A DNA stretch of 64,000 nt from IMG/VR virus record IMGVR_UViG_2974778117_000001, positions 95,515-159,514 of that record; one strand, given 5' to 3'. Position numbers and translations under genes: made by a program. Every line of letters begins with the position of its first letter. Within the stretch, counting starts at the first letter, position 1. This DNA comes from a virus (Duplodnaviria > Caudoviricetes). The notes beneath the pieces are model-generated. The model was given only the letters and a program-made list of their open reading frames with translations, ran no database searches and had not been told where the DNA came from. Shown piece after piece: positions 27,133-35,793 of the stretch.

Positions 27133-29246
27133 TTCCAATTCTGCTTAGAGCAGCAGCCGTTCTGGGCGAAGGTGCAACAGTCAGAACAGCAGCTGGTACA
27201 TTCGCTTCACGAACAGTAGGGCAGCGTCTCGCCCGAAGCGGTATGAAGACACTCCGGGGTGCAGTGAAAACTGCCCCTGGAAAGCTGTGGAAGACAGCCG
27301 GTGGCGATAGCGTCCCGGCATTCAGAAAGGCACTTGACCTAGGTCAGCGAGGCTATAATGCTGTCCAGAATGCAAGGGCTCAGGTCGCCGAAGCTGAAAA
27401 GAGATCGACGCTTCGCCGCATCAAGAAGGAAGAGAAGCGCAACGCTCCGCAACAGGATGCCGGTGAGAAGAAGCAGCAAGCCGAAGCTCAACAGGAAGTC
27501 CGTGAGCAGGAGAACGCACAGCGCCAGCAAGCCGCTCATGCTGATGGTATGCAGAAGATCGCCGAAGAGGGCAATCAAGTAACTCAGCAGATGGCAAACG
27601 ACATTGCTGAGATCAAAGAGATCATCGCCAATCCTCCGAAGCAGGACGAGGAGAGCGGATTCCTCACCAAGCTGATGACCGGTCTGATCGGTGTGTTCGG
27701 CATTGGCGTGACCATGCTACAGGCGAAGATCACCGGCATGATCGCCGAGTTCGGCGCCAAGCTGGGACTGAAGACCCTAAGCAACATGGCTGACAAGGGT
27801 GCGGATCTGGCTGCCCGCGCTACTGGCGGAATCAAGAATCTCGCAGGCGCGCTAGCGGATAGCAGCAGCCGAACATCGCAGATGGTGCAAGGAGGATTGG
27901 CGGGAGCCGGACCACTTGGTGCTATCGGTTCGTATCTGTTCGGCAAGAACCGCAGCACTGTCGCTGGTGCAGTCGAGAAGGCTTCTGGTGTCACACAAGC
28001 TGCCGAATCCTACGGACGCACCGCAAGCGGTTTCTATGATCGTGCGGAGAAGTATGCAGACAAGAACTCAATCGCCAGCAAGCTGCCATGGTTCCCAGGA
28101 ATCTCATCAGCCAATGCGGCGGTGACCAAGCCTGCAACTCCATCCGTTCCGACGATCAGTGCTCCAATCGCCCCGGTCAAGACCTCAGCCACTGGTTCGT
28201 CAACACTGACCATGGCATCACCGACTGCAGCTGCGATCTTCGAGACCGCCAAGCCGCAGACAGACGCACTTGCAAACTCCCAGTTGATTTTGAGCGAGCT
28301 GCTGGATGCGATGACAAACTCATCGAAGGGAATCTACACAAAGCCGGCTGACGATGGACTGTTCCAGATGCCGGCAATGGGCTTCTCTGGCGCGCCTCAG
28401 ATGCTAGATAAACCGACCGGCGTGTCAACCCTTTCACCAGGTGGACGCGGCGCGATCCCAAATGTCCGGAGAGCAAACATGCCATTCAATGGCTTCGGTG
28501 CCGAGGTAGATTCACACATCGCAGAAGCGGCTCAGATGTATGGGTTGCCGGAAGATGTGCTACGCGGCTTTGTCAAGATGGAAGGTGGTTGGACAGGAAA
28601 GATGTCGCCAACAGGCGCAATCGGAACTGGTCAGTTCACCCAAGGAACCTGGAACTCGCTGGCTGGCACAGCCGAGGGTCAAGCGATTGGCATGACCCGA
28701 ATCGACAGAAGCAACTTCCGTCAAGCGAATGATCCACGACGCAACGACAGAACGAACACCCTGGCAACAGGTCTTCTGGCGAAGCAGAACGCTGACATCC
28801 TCCGTCGCAATGGACTGGACGTGACAGGTGAGAATCTGTACATGCTCCACAACATCGGACCGGGCGTGATCCCAGCACTGAAGGGTTCAAACTCAGTCTC
28901 GGCAAGTACGCTGGACGCGATGCGCAAGAACGGCATGACAGGGGACATGTCACCGACTGACTTCGTGAAGTTCCAGACCGGACGCTTCCAGTCTCACTAC
29001 GAGGCGGCGAACAGAGTCCAGGGTGTGAACACGGGTCTCGGTAAGCCGATGGCTGAATCCGCGAACGATGCACGTAAGACGCAGCAGGTTGTCCCAGTTG
29101 TGGTGCAAGCTCCGGCACAAACAGTAAAGGCTCCGGCACATGGTGCACAGAGCCAATCTGGTCCAGGAACTCCGATGGTAACACGGAACCCGGATAGTCC
29201 TGTTCGTAGGTTCAGTCAGGTCATGATCGGAACGTCGATCACTTGA
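27129..29246 (+). CDS. tape measure / baseplate hub protein with lytic transglycosylase domain
   Basis: Ala/Gly-rich helical region; MEGG, GTGQF..TW, YMLHNIG lysozyme-like motifs. Confidence 0.75.
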   Translation: MIPILLRAAAVLGEGATVRTAAGTFASRTVGQRLARSGMKTLRGAVKTAPGKLWKTAGGDSVPAFRKALDLGQRGYNAVQNARAQVAEAEKRSTLRRIKKEEKRNAPQQDAGEKKQQAEAQQEVREQENAQRQQAAHADGMQKIAEEGNQVTQQMANDIAEIKEIIANPPKQDEESGFLTKLMTGLIGVFGIGVTMLQAKITGMIAEFGAKLGLKTLSNMADKGADLAARATGGIKNLAGALADSSSRTSQMVQGGLAGAGPLGAIGSYLFGKNRSTVAGAVEKASGVTQAAESYGRTASGFYDRAEKYADKNSIASKLPWFPGISSANAAVTKPATPSVPTISAPIAPVKTSATGSSTLTMASPTAAAIFETAKPQTDALANSQLILSELLDAMTNSSKGIYTKPADDGLFQMPAMGFSGAPQMLDKPTGVSTLSPGGRGAIPNVRRANMPFNGFGAEVDSHIAEAAQMYGLPEDVLRGFVKMEGGWTGKMSPTGAIGTGQFTQGTWNSLAGTAEGQAIGMTRIDRSNFRQANDPRRNDRTNTLATGLLAKQNADILRRNGLDVTGENLYMLHNIGPGVIPALKGSNSVSASTLDAMRKNGMTGDMSPTDFVKFQTGRFQSHYEAANRVQGVNTGLGKPMAESANDARKTQQVVPVVVQAPAQTVKAPAHGAQSQSGPGTPMVTRNPDSPVRRFSQVMIGTSIT

Positions 29247-29814
29247 CCTTCTGCTTGGTGAGATTGAGGTTGTAGGCTTTCGCCTTGGCCTCAATCTCAT
29301 CTACCCATGCCTTGCAGACCCTCAGTTCTTCGACGTGGGTGTCTGCGGAGAGGGCTTGTCCGAGAAGAAATTCAGAAGCGCGTTGAGATAGGAACCCGGC
29401 TCCGGGGTAGGGTTCTGTAGCGCTGCCGGGCGAGGCGGGATTTCCAGCGCCTGCACCACTGCCACTTCCGTTGGTGGGTGCTTTGTATCCTGGGTCCTGC
29501 AGCCTGACATTGCCAAGCTTAGCAACAGCAGTGCGCAGATCAGAAATGTTCTTGATGTAGCCTTCATCTAGTTTGCCTCTTGATTCGCTGAGTTCTTTGT
29601 ACGCCGTAGCGCGTTCTTCATTCGCTGCAGCAATCTTCTTTGCAACCTCTTCGCCGTTCTTGGCGATCCAGGCTTCATGAGTAGCATTGATCGTCGCAAT
29701 GCGGTTCTCGTAATGATTCGACGTCGCCTTCCAGGAAACGCCCGCGATAGCCCCGACGGCTAGTACAGCCGCCAGCAGTTTGGCGGCTAGTTGGTATTGT
29801 GCTGGGATGATCAT
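29239..29814 (-). CDS. Rz-like inner-membrane spanin
   Basis: N-terminal TM, coiled coil, VRL, C-terminal Cys (ELRVCKAW). Confidence 0.8.
   Translation of the reverse strand: MIIPAQYQLAAKLLAAVLAVGAIAGVSWKATSNHYENRIATINATHEAWIAKNGEEVAKKIAAANEERATAYKELSESRGKLDEGYIKNISDLRTAVAKLGNVRLQDPGYKAPTNGSGSGAGAGNPASPGSATEPYPGAGFLSQRASEFLLGQALSADTHVEELRVCKAWVDEIEAKAKAYNLNLTKQKVK
29322..29567 (-). CDS. Rz1-like outer-membrane lipoprotein spanin embedded in Rz
   Basis: signal peptide and lipobox LAMSG-C; Pro-rich mature part; alternative frame fully inside Rz. Confidence 0.8.
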   Translation of the reverse strand: MKATSRTFLICALLLLSLAMSGCRTQDTKHPPTEVAVVQALEIPPRPAALQNPTPEPGSYLNALLNFFSDKPSPQTPTSKN

Positions 29815-30184
29815 AGATGGTCCAGATTGTATCGTTGGTTCATATCCCGGAGGATGTCAACCATGATCCGATTGGGATACACTTCTTCGGATACGGTGGA
29901 ATCGTACTGCCTCAGCCACATGAGAATCGCCTTGACCACGCTGAACTGACGTCGTCCATGATGACCCGGAACACTCCGGTTGTCTTCTGTGCGCCGAACA
30001 CATTCAGTAGGATCACGACATTATTGATCAGCAATTTCTCGTTCATCAAACCGGTGTTCAAGAAACGGCTGACCATTCGACGTGCTGTAGAGAACCCGGC
30101 AAAGTCCTTGTCAAACTCTGCAGCCTTGACGGGAGTGAGTGTCAACCCGTCAATGGCGATTGCTCTTGCGACCTTGAAGTCCAT
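29811..30184 (-). CDS. conserved T4-like hypothetical protein (apparent 1-nt deletion ~29950)
   Basis: EFDKDF, EKLLINNVVILLNVFG; reconstructed end ...YNLDHL* overlaps the Rz ATG. Confidence 0.7.
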
Positions 30185-30635
30185 TACGCGTCCTTCTTGT
30201 CCTTGTTCTTCTTGGCAGCCTTCTTCGCTGCAATTGCTGCCTTCTCTTCCGGAGTCTTGTTCGGCGCACCCTTCGGACGACCGCGACCACGCGCAGGCGG
30301 TAGCTGCGCGACCGCCAAGGTCTGAGCATGGGCTAGAGCAGCACCGATGTCTTCGATTCCCTTGGTGAGTGCGTCATTGGATGCACCACGGATAGGCTTG
30401 GGCTTCTCGGAGGTTTCCGGCTGCTTCGCCTCGACACGACGTGCCGCCTGAATCTTGACCTTCTCGTTGCGGGTGTAGTCGCCGAGCTTCTTGGTTCGGA
30501 CGTCATACTCGACGGGGTTCTCAAGACCACGGATCGAGACCAGCAGTTCACCATTCTCAGGCGCGACCCAGCCATAGATAGTAGGTACAGCAGTGGGATG
30601 CCAAGAAGGTGGGTTTTGGTGCGATCAATTGCCAT
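30184..30635 (-). CDS. late protein with AT-hook and Lys/Ala-rich tail (apparent 1-nt deletion ~30612)
   Basis: reconstructed PPSWHPTAVPTIYGWVAPENGELLVSIRGL...PARGRGRPKG...AAKKAAKKNKDKKDA*. Confidence 0.7.
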
Positions 30636-30687
30636 AGTGTTTCATTCCTAGATTGATGATGTACCGACAAGGGCTTACAATACGACT

Positions 30688-31773
30688 ATGAACTACCTAG
30701 ATCTCAAATACGTCCGCCTTGTCTCTGGATATTTAACCAAATGGAAGGAGGTTGGTCGCGACCTGTGGCGATTCAGATGTCCCTTCTGTGGCGACTCCAA
30801 GAAGAGTGATTCGCTTGCCCGTGGCTACTTCTTCAACCTCGAAGATAAGGCCATGTTCAAGTGTCACAACTGTGGTCTGCCGCTGAACCTCGGACAGTTC
30901 TTGGCTGAGATTGCTCCGGCACTCTTGGGTGAGTACAAGCTCGAGAAGTTCAAGCAGAAGAACCCGACCTTCGGTGACGACAAGAAGCGTGATGAGCAAT
31001 TCATCACCACAACTCAGCACCGACTCCGACGCACCGGAACGATCCTGGCATTCTGTGATAGACTGCTATCGTTGCCGGAAGATCATCATGCCCGAGTCTA
31101 TCTGGATGGTCGAAAGATCCCAGAGAGTAATCAGTCCAAACTGTTCTACATTGATGACGTCCGTGTTCTGGCGAAGAACATCCCCGGCTATGGAGAACGG
31201 GCAGCGAAGCTCCCCAAGCGCGATGCGATCATCATTCCCTTCTTCGATGAAGACGGCGCGCTGATGTATCTCCAGTGTCGCTTCTTCGATGAAAACTTCC
31301 GGTACATGACCTTCCAGATTGAAGATGAGGGGAAGAAGATCTGGGGTCTAGATCGTGTCGACTGGAGCAAGAGGGTCTACGTGTGTGAGGGTCCGTTTGA
31401 CGCTATGTTCCTTGACAACTGTGTTGCGGTCGCAGGCGCAGGGATCATGTCTGAGATTGAGTTCTTCCAGTCTAAGGCGAAAGCCGGATTGACTCTGATA
31501 TTCGACAAGGATTACCGGACCAACTTTGAGGTCCATCGGTTCATGTGTCAGGCAGTCGAGAAGGGTCACAGTGTGGTCCTGTTCGACAAAGAGTTTAAGG
31601 GCAAGGATATGAACGACCAGATCCAGAAACACTTCTGGACGCGCGAGTATCTGAAGACCTACGTGGATGCACACACATACAAGGGTCTGTCGGCAAAGCT
31701 GGAGCTGACCAAGATCAGACCGCCGAAGAACGCCTTCAAAAGTAAATCAAACTCCGGTAGGTTTGGAAGTTGA
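30688..31773 (+). CDS. 61: gp61 DNA primase
   Basis: RCPFCGDS, CHNC zinc finger; VCEGPFD TOPRIM; KDMND. Confidence 0.96.
   Translation: MNYLDLKYVRLVSGYLTKWKEVGRDLWRFRCPFCGDSKKSDSLARGYFFNLEDKAMFKCHNCGLPLNLGQFLAEIAPALLGEYKLEKFKQKNPTFGDDKKRDEQFITTTQHRLRRTGTILAFCDRLLSLPEDHHARVYLDGRKIPESNQSKLFYIDDVRVLAKNIPGYGERAAKLPKRDAIIIPFFDEDGALMYLQCRFFDENFRYMTFQIEDEGKKIWGLDRVDWSKRVYVCEGPFDAMFLDNCVAVAGAGIMSEIEFFQSKAKAGLTLIFDKDYRTNFEVHRFMCQAVEKGHSVVLFDKEFKGKDMNDQIQKHFWTREYLKTYVDAHTYKGLSAKLELTKIRPPKNAFKSKSNSGRFGS
30730..30735 (-). promoter_or_regulatory. putative late promoter (TAAATA) for the - strand operon ending in the spanins
   Basis: TATTTA on + strand about 95 nt upstream of ATG 30635. Confidence 0.55.
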
Positions 31774-31825
31774 TAGCGATTACAATACAAGGGTCGAGAA
31801 GACACTAACATCAGAGGGTGAATAG

Positions 31826-32687
31826 ATGCTTTTGATTGATGCAAGCAACCGTGTATTCAGCACGGTCCTGGAGTACCACCGCAGCACTGGCGAGCAAGCT
31901 GACATCCAGCTGATTCGTCATCTGATTACGGACGGTCTCCGGGTTGACAAGAAACGATTGGCAGAGTTCGCCGACGAGATTGTACTGTGTTTCGATGGTC
32001 GCAAGTACTGGCGTCGTGAGTTCTTCCAGCATTACAAGGCAAAGCGCGCTGCCGGACGTGAAGCTTCCAGTTTTGACTGGGACGCTTCTTCCCTGCGTAT
32101 GACCAGTTCAAGCAGGAACTCCGTGAGTTCTTCCCGATCAAGTGCGTTGAGGTTGAAGGCGCCGAAGCGGATGACATCATGGGTGTTCTCGCCTCTCGCT
32201 ATGCCGACGTGAAGAAGGTTTGTGTGGCATCGTCCGACAAGGACATGGTGCAGCTGCAGCAGAACATGAACCCGAAGATCAAGCAGTACAGTTACTTCCA
32301 CAAGAAGTTCCTGACTCCGAAGACGTCCAAGTATGATCTGTTTGAGCACGTGGTGAAGGGTGATTCTGGAGACGGCGTCCCCAACATCCTGAGTCCGGAT
32401 GACGTGCTGATCACTCCAGGTTCTCGCCAACGACCGATCAGTAGCAAGAAGCTGGAAGAGTGGCGTGCCAAGGGCGGATTGTTTGAGCCCGAAAACTTCT
32501 GTGCTGATGCACAATGTTGGAGCGCTTCCACCGCAATCGGACGTTGATTGATCTGCGGAAGATTCCAGGCGATCTGGCACAGAAGATTGATGATGCCTAT
32601 ACTGAGTATGAAGTGCCGAAGGGCAAGATGTTCGGCTACCTCACCACAAACAAGATGATGAAAATCCTAAGAGAAGGAGGTTTCTGA
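31826..32687 (+). CDS. rnh: RNase H / 5'-3' flap exonuclease (apparent deletions ~32085 and ~32514)
   Basis: LLID, YWRR..F..YKAKR, EADD, SSDKD, KGDSGDGVPN, RNRTLIDL. Confidence 0.92.
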
Positions 32688-33192
32688 TGAAAGACCCGTT
32701 GATTGAAATCCCAGTGTTGGAGATCGAGACCGCACAAGAACGATTCTTCTCCACTGCAGCGTTTGTCATCGGCTACAATTCTGGAGCTGTGAAGTTCGGT
32801 CTGGCTTACGACAATCCGGCGAAGTACGGCAGAATCCACAAGGGATTCACCATCCGATTCTGAATCTGGAAGATTACGACATACCCAATTCCGACTGGGA
32901 GACTGAATTTGTGTCTGGTTGGTTGAGTGCCGTCTCCAAGTTGTATGTGTTGAACTACAATTCCCGCACTGAAGAAGATCGTCTGCGCATTGCAATGCGA
33001 TACCTGCTGCGCGACAACAATGTGACCAAGCGTTTCAGCGAGACTACCGGCAAGCCCACCTACGCCGAACTGAAGTTCACAGTTCAGAACACTCATGACA
33101 TTGAGGATGAGATCTTCAAACAGTCGATCCAGGATCTGGAGATGCATCATCGCTTCAACATCCGCCAGACATATGGGCTGATCCAGGTATGA
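32687..33192 (+). CDS. hypothetical protein (apparent deletion ~32855)
   Basis: GGAGG RBS; TGATG coupling to rnh. Confidence 0.55.
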
Positions 33193-33841
33193 TTCGCACG
33201 TCTCCAGAAGCAGAAGCCCTCAAGGCGATCCTCGCGGCTGGATGTCCAGACAGGAAGGAAAGTTCTACGGTGTCACCCGCGTATTGGGTGGCACCAAGGA
33301 CATGTCAGGTCTAGAAGCCTGGCGTAAGCGCGTGGGTGAAGAAGAGGCTGACCGGATTGTCGAAGAGTCCAAGAGGATTGGTAACTCGCTTGACAAGCTG
33401 TTCAACGATAGCCTGGAAGATCCAGACTTCAACATCGAGGATCACAAGGATACGCTCGGTTACAAGCTGTGGATTCAGCTGCGGTCGTATCTGAAGAATG
33501 TGATCCCAGTCGCGGTCCAGATGCGAGTCTGGAACAACGATCTGAAGTACATGGGCTATCTGGATTGCCTTGGCTTCTACAAGGGTAAGCTGACACTGAT
33601 CGACTGCAAGAACTCCAAGAAGGAGAAGCAAGAGCAGTATCTGGAAGACTACTACCTCCAGTGTACAGCGTATTGCATGGCACTCTATCAGATGTATGGG
33701 ATCAAGGTCACGCAGTTGTGCCTGATGATCGCACGTCGTGATAGCAGCTTCCCGCAGGTCATCGTCCGACCGATTGCCCCCTACATCCCAAAGGTGATTG
33801 CGCGAGCACAGCAGTATCATCTTCAATCAAACACTAATTGA
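33189..33841 (+). CDS. PD-(D/E)XK (Cas4/RecB-like) exonuclease
   Basis: GVTRVL, WRKRVG, GYLDC, IDCKNS, YYLQCTAY; 5' end uncertain (33189 with a shift, or 33242). Confidence 0.85.
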
Positions 33842-33895
33842 GGGTGATGGCGGGATCAGGTAACATATCGTCATGGGTTAACGAGAGGTGATGAA

Positions 33896-34123
33896 GTGGC
33901 ATCAATGAGTGAAGTGATCTTGAAGCAGCTGGTAGAAATCAGCAGCACCCTGCAGTGTTCACTGTTTGAGGCGGCTTCTATCTACTGCGAAGAGCATGAT
34001 TTGGAACAAGAGGCGTTCGTTCAGATTCTGGACAAACACGTTCTCGACCAGATCCGTAATAGTGCGGTACAAGACCGGAAGGTGAGAAAATGTATTCAAG
34101 AGCCGACAGCCACTCTGTTCTGA
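33896..34123 (+). CDS. 33: gp33 late transcription coactivator
   Basis: SLFEA..YCEEHDLE..L...QI pattern; 33-59-32 gene order. Confidence 0.8.
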   Translation: MASMSEVILKQLVEISSTLQCSLFEAASIYCEEHDLEQEAFVQILDKHVLDQIRNSAVQDRKVRKCIQEPTATLF

Positions 34124-34725
34124 GTGGAGCGGTCCAGGCCTTTCAAGAATACGTTGGACTCAAACTTCACTTCAACAAGGACTTGGTCTGGCGCCGCGGA
34201 ATGAGATTCAATCAGGACGAGAGCACTCTCCTGAAGCGCAAAGACGCGATGTTCTTCCGACAGTTTGCAGACAAGTATCCGGATAGTGAGGACCGGATTC
34301 AAAGGTACGTCAGCGCGCTGAAGAGAGATCAGAACGCGTGGATTGGCGAGATGCTAGACATGGAGAACGTCGAGTATCATAAGCAGAGAATGCGAGTCAT
34401 TGGAGCGTTGACCTACAACCTCCGGACAGACATTGATCGGCTGGTCACCTACATGGACGAGAACGGAGTAGATATCAAGAAGCTACTCAAATCGGATGGT
34501 ACCCGTCCCTATCTGATCACCGTGATGAGTGAGATCGAGGGTGGCATCTCGGACGAAACTCTAGCGTTGATGGAGAAGGCGTTCAGGTATTGCAAACAAG
34601 AAACTCTTGACCCCTTTTGGGAACAGAAGGCCTTCATGTTGAGTAAATACCATTACTGGTTAGAGATCAAAAGCGACACACTTGATCAACAGCTCAGTAG
34701 ACTAGTAGAGGCAGGTAAGGCGTGA
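34090..34725 (+). CDS. 59: gp59 helicase loader
   Basis: YVGLKLHF, KRKD..FF, ISDETL; directly upstream of gene 32; start uncertain. Confidence 0.85.
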   Translation: MYSRADSHSVLSGAVQAFQEYVGLKLHFNKDLVWRRGMRFNQDESTLLKRKDAMFFRQFADKYPDSEDRIQRYVSALKRDQNAWIGEMLDMENVEYHKQRMRVIGALTYNLRTDIDRLVTYMDENGVDIKKLLKSDGTRPYLITVMSEIEGGISDETLALMEKAFRYCKQETLDPFWEQKAFMLSKYHYWLEIKSDTLDQQLSRLVEAGKA

Positions 34726-34776
34726 CGCCAGTAGCCTCGTGAAAAGCACAGTAAAGCACAATCAGGAGATACAAGA

Positions 34777-35706
34777 ATGTCGTTTGGTAATCTGAAGAAG
34801 AATCGTGGCTCGTTCCAGGACCTGCAGAAGAAGCTGGCAGACGAGAAGAAGGGCGGCGGTTACAGCAATGATGATCGTTACTGGGAATTCAAGGTTGACG
34901 ATGCCGGCAACGGTTTTGCCGTGATCCGATTCCTGCCCGCTCCAGCTGGCGAAGAGGTCCCATATGTGAAGCTGTACAGCCACGGCTTCAAGGACGAGCG
35001 TACCGGCAAGTGGTACATCGAGAACAGCCGCACCACTCTGGGCGAACCTGACCCGGTTTCGGAAGCCAACACCGAGCTGTGGAACTCCGGTCTGGAATCC
35101 GACAAGGCAATTGCGCGTCAGCGTAAGCGTCGTCAGAACTACATCGCCAACATCCTGGTGATTGACGATCCGAAGAACCCGCAGAACAATGGCAAGGTCT
35201 TCCTCTGGAAGTTCGGTCCTCGTCTGTTCCAGAAGATCGAAGGCGCGATGAACCCCGAGTTCCAGGACGAGGTTGCATTCAACCCGTTCGACTTCTGGGA
35301 AGGTGCCGACTTCAAGATCAAGGCTCGCAAGCTGGACGGTCAGCGCAGCTACGACAAGTCGGAGTTCACCGACCCGAGCGAACTGTTCGATGGTGACGAC
35401 ACCGCTCTGGAAGCTCTGTACAACAAGCTCTACAGCCTGCAGGCAGAGATCGCTCCGGACAAGTTCAAGCCGTATGATCAGCTGAAGACCCGCTTCCAGG
35501 CGGTGATCGGTGCGAAGAACCCGGCTCCGCGTGAAGGCGAGCGTCAGGAACGTGAACTGGATCGTGAGTTCCAGGAACCGGAACGCGAGACCCCGCGCGC
35601 TCGTCGTGAGGAAACCCCAGCACGTCGTGAAGACCCGGCACCCAGCCGTGGTGGTGATGACGGTGAGGATTCGCTGGCGAAGTACGCAGGTCTGCTGGAA
35701 GACTAA
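34777..35706 (+). CDS. 32: gp32 single-stranded DNA-binding protein
   Basis: AVIRFLP, HGFK, WYIENS, YIANILV..DP, NPFD..GADF, YDKSEF; acidic tail. Confidence 0.97.
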   Translation: MSFGNLKKNRGSFQDLQKKLADEKKGGGYSNDDRYWEFKVDDAGNGFAVIRFLPAPAGEEVPYVKLYSHGFKDERTGKWYIENSRTTLGEPDPVSEANTELWNSGLESDKAIARQRKRRQNYIANILVIDDPKNPQNNGKVFLWKFGPRLFQKIEGAMNPEFQDEVAFNPFDFWEGADFKIKARKLDGQRSYDKSEFTDPSELFDGDDTALEALYNKLYSLQAEIAPDKFKPYDQLKTRFQAVIGAKNPAPREGERQERELDREFQEPERETPRARREETPARREDPAPSRGGDDGEDSLAKYAGLLED

Positions 35707-35732
35707 TCCAGCCCTTGCGGTAGAAACAGGAG

Positions 35733-35758
35733 ACCCCGCTTCGGCGGGGTTTTCCTTT
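35733..35758 (+). terminator. intrinsic terminator after gene 32
   Basis: ACCCCGC-TTCG-GCGGGGT followed by TTTCCTTT. Confidence 0.85.
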
Positions 35759-35760
35759 GA

Positions 35761-35766
35761 TAAATA
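35761..35766 (+). promoter_or_regulatory. putative late promoter (TAAATA)
   Basis: TAAATA about 27 nt upstream of ATG 35794. Confidence 0.65.
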
Positions 35767-35793
35767 TCCAGAAATCATAACAGAGAGTGTGAG

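Noticed and set aside
1805-32687. Pseudogenes of 55, 45, folE, queE and rnh
   Set aside because: Each is restored by one added base with intact motifs, and several are essential; sequencing error is far more likely
33189-33841. Cas4-like nuclease as a CRISPR component
   Set aside because: No repeat-spacer array or other cas genes seen; standalone exonuclease in the usual T4-like position
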